A DNA stretch of 62,663 bases, counting the filler. It is 9 parts of 9 records of this genome, joined end to end, with 100 filler letters (N's around TTAATTAATTAA, not from the genome) between each part and the next. Parts side by side here need not be neighbours in the genome. Positions count along the whole stretch, not along the records: positions 56,850 to 62,663 come from SRR20825010_6415; 8 more parts are not named here. One strand, written 5' to 3'. The notes under the pieces were generated by a model, which saw nothing but the letters and a program-made list of their open reading frames with translations, was not told the DNA's origin and made no database searches. Each line of letters begins with the position of its first letter. Position 1 is the first letter of the stretch. A program made the position numbers and the translations under genes. Of the stretch, positions 62,618 through 62,663 are shown piece by piece.

Positions 62618-62663
62618 CGGACGGGGATCTCTCTCCGAAACCGTGCGGAGCCATGGATGGCGG
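62618..62663. repeat. Left part of a second REP-like element (cut by window end)
   Basis: CGGACGGGGATCTCTCTCCGAAAC resembles the arm at 9454, followed by the hairpin GCC-ATGGAT-GGC. Confidence 0.6.

Overview
This window is not one locus. It is nine unrelated contigs joined by artificial 100-nt spacers (N44-TTAATTAATTAA-N44), so gene neighbourhoods mean nothing across a spacer. Taxonomic labels below are inferences from gene content and style. (1) 1-12781, Marinobacter-like gammaproteobacterium: pilU, fadL, polA, pyrE, crc, rph, yicC, gmk, rpoZ, spoT. (2) 12882-16946, planctomycete (Phycisphaerae-like): a sulfotransferase, then a translationally coupled cassette of prepilin-like protein, MauE-family membrane protein and a secreted 10-Cys mini-protein, an orphan protein, and a broken putP-like gene. 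(3) 17047-20993, planctomycete: lactonase, GT-C glycosyltransferase, HTH-receiver regulator, 1 kb non-coding. (4) 21094-32263, Rhodospirillales-like: CoA-binding::MetY fusion, tandem PAS proteins, acyl-CoA and redox enzymes, sulfatase. (5) 32364-37917, Thalassospira-like: folD, yggU pseudogene, yggT, tag, glycosyltransferase, LacI, AlkB-like. (6) 38018-46773, Bacteroidota: TPR kinase, RidA, rarA, asnS, rpoN, partial tRNA. (7) and (8) 46874-56749, Rhodobacteraceae-like: enolase-superfamily, ADH, MFS and pcaB-like genes; pseudo-caspase; nonsense-interrupted CHASE kinase plus response regulator; rpmJ; tRNA end. (9) 56850-62663, Marinobacter-like: gcdH, thiolase, transporter, ghrA, IclR. The best candidate for an undescribed system is the planctomycete prepilin/MauE/disulfide-rich peptide cassette at 14002-16513. 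Also notable are cloverleaf repeats with CsrA/RsmA-type GGA loops and a candidate small RNA or attenuator before spoT. I saw no CRISPR array, transposase, integrase or rRNA.
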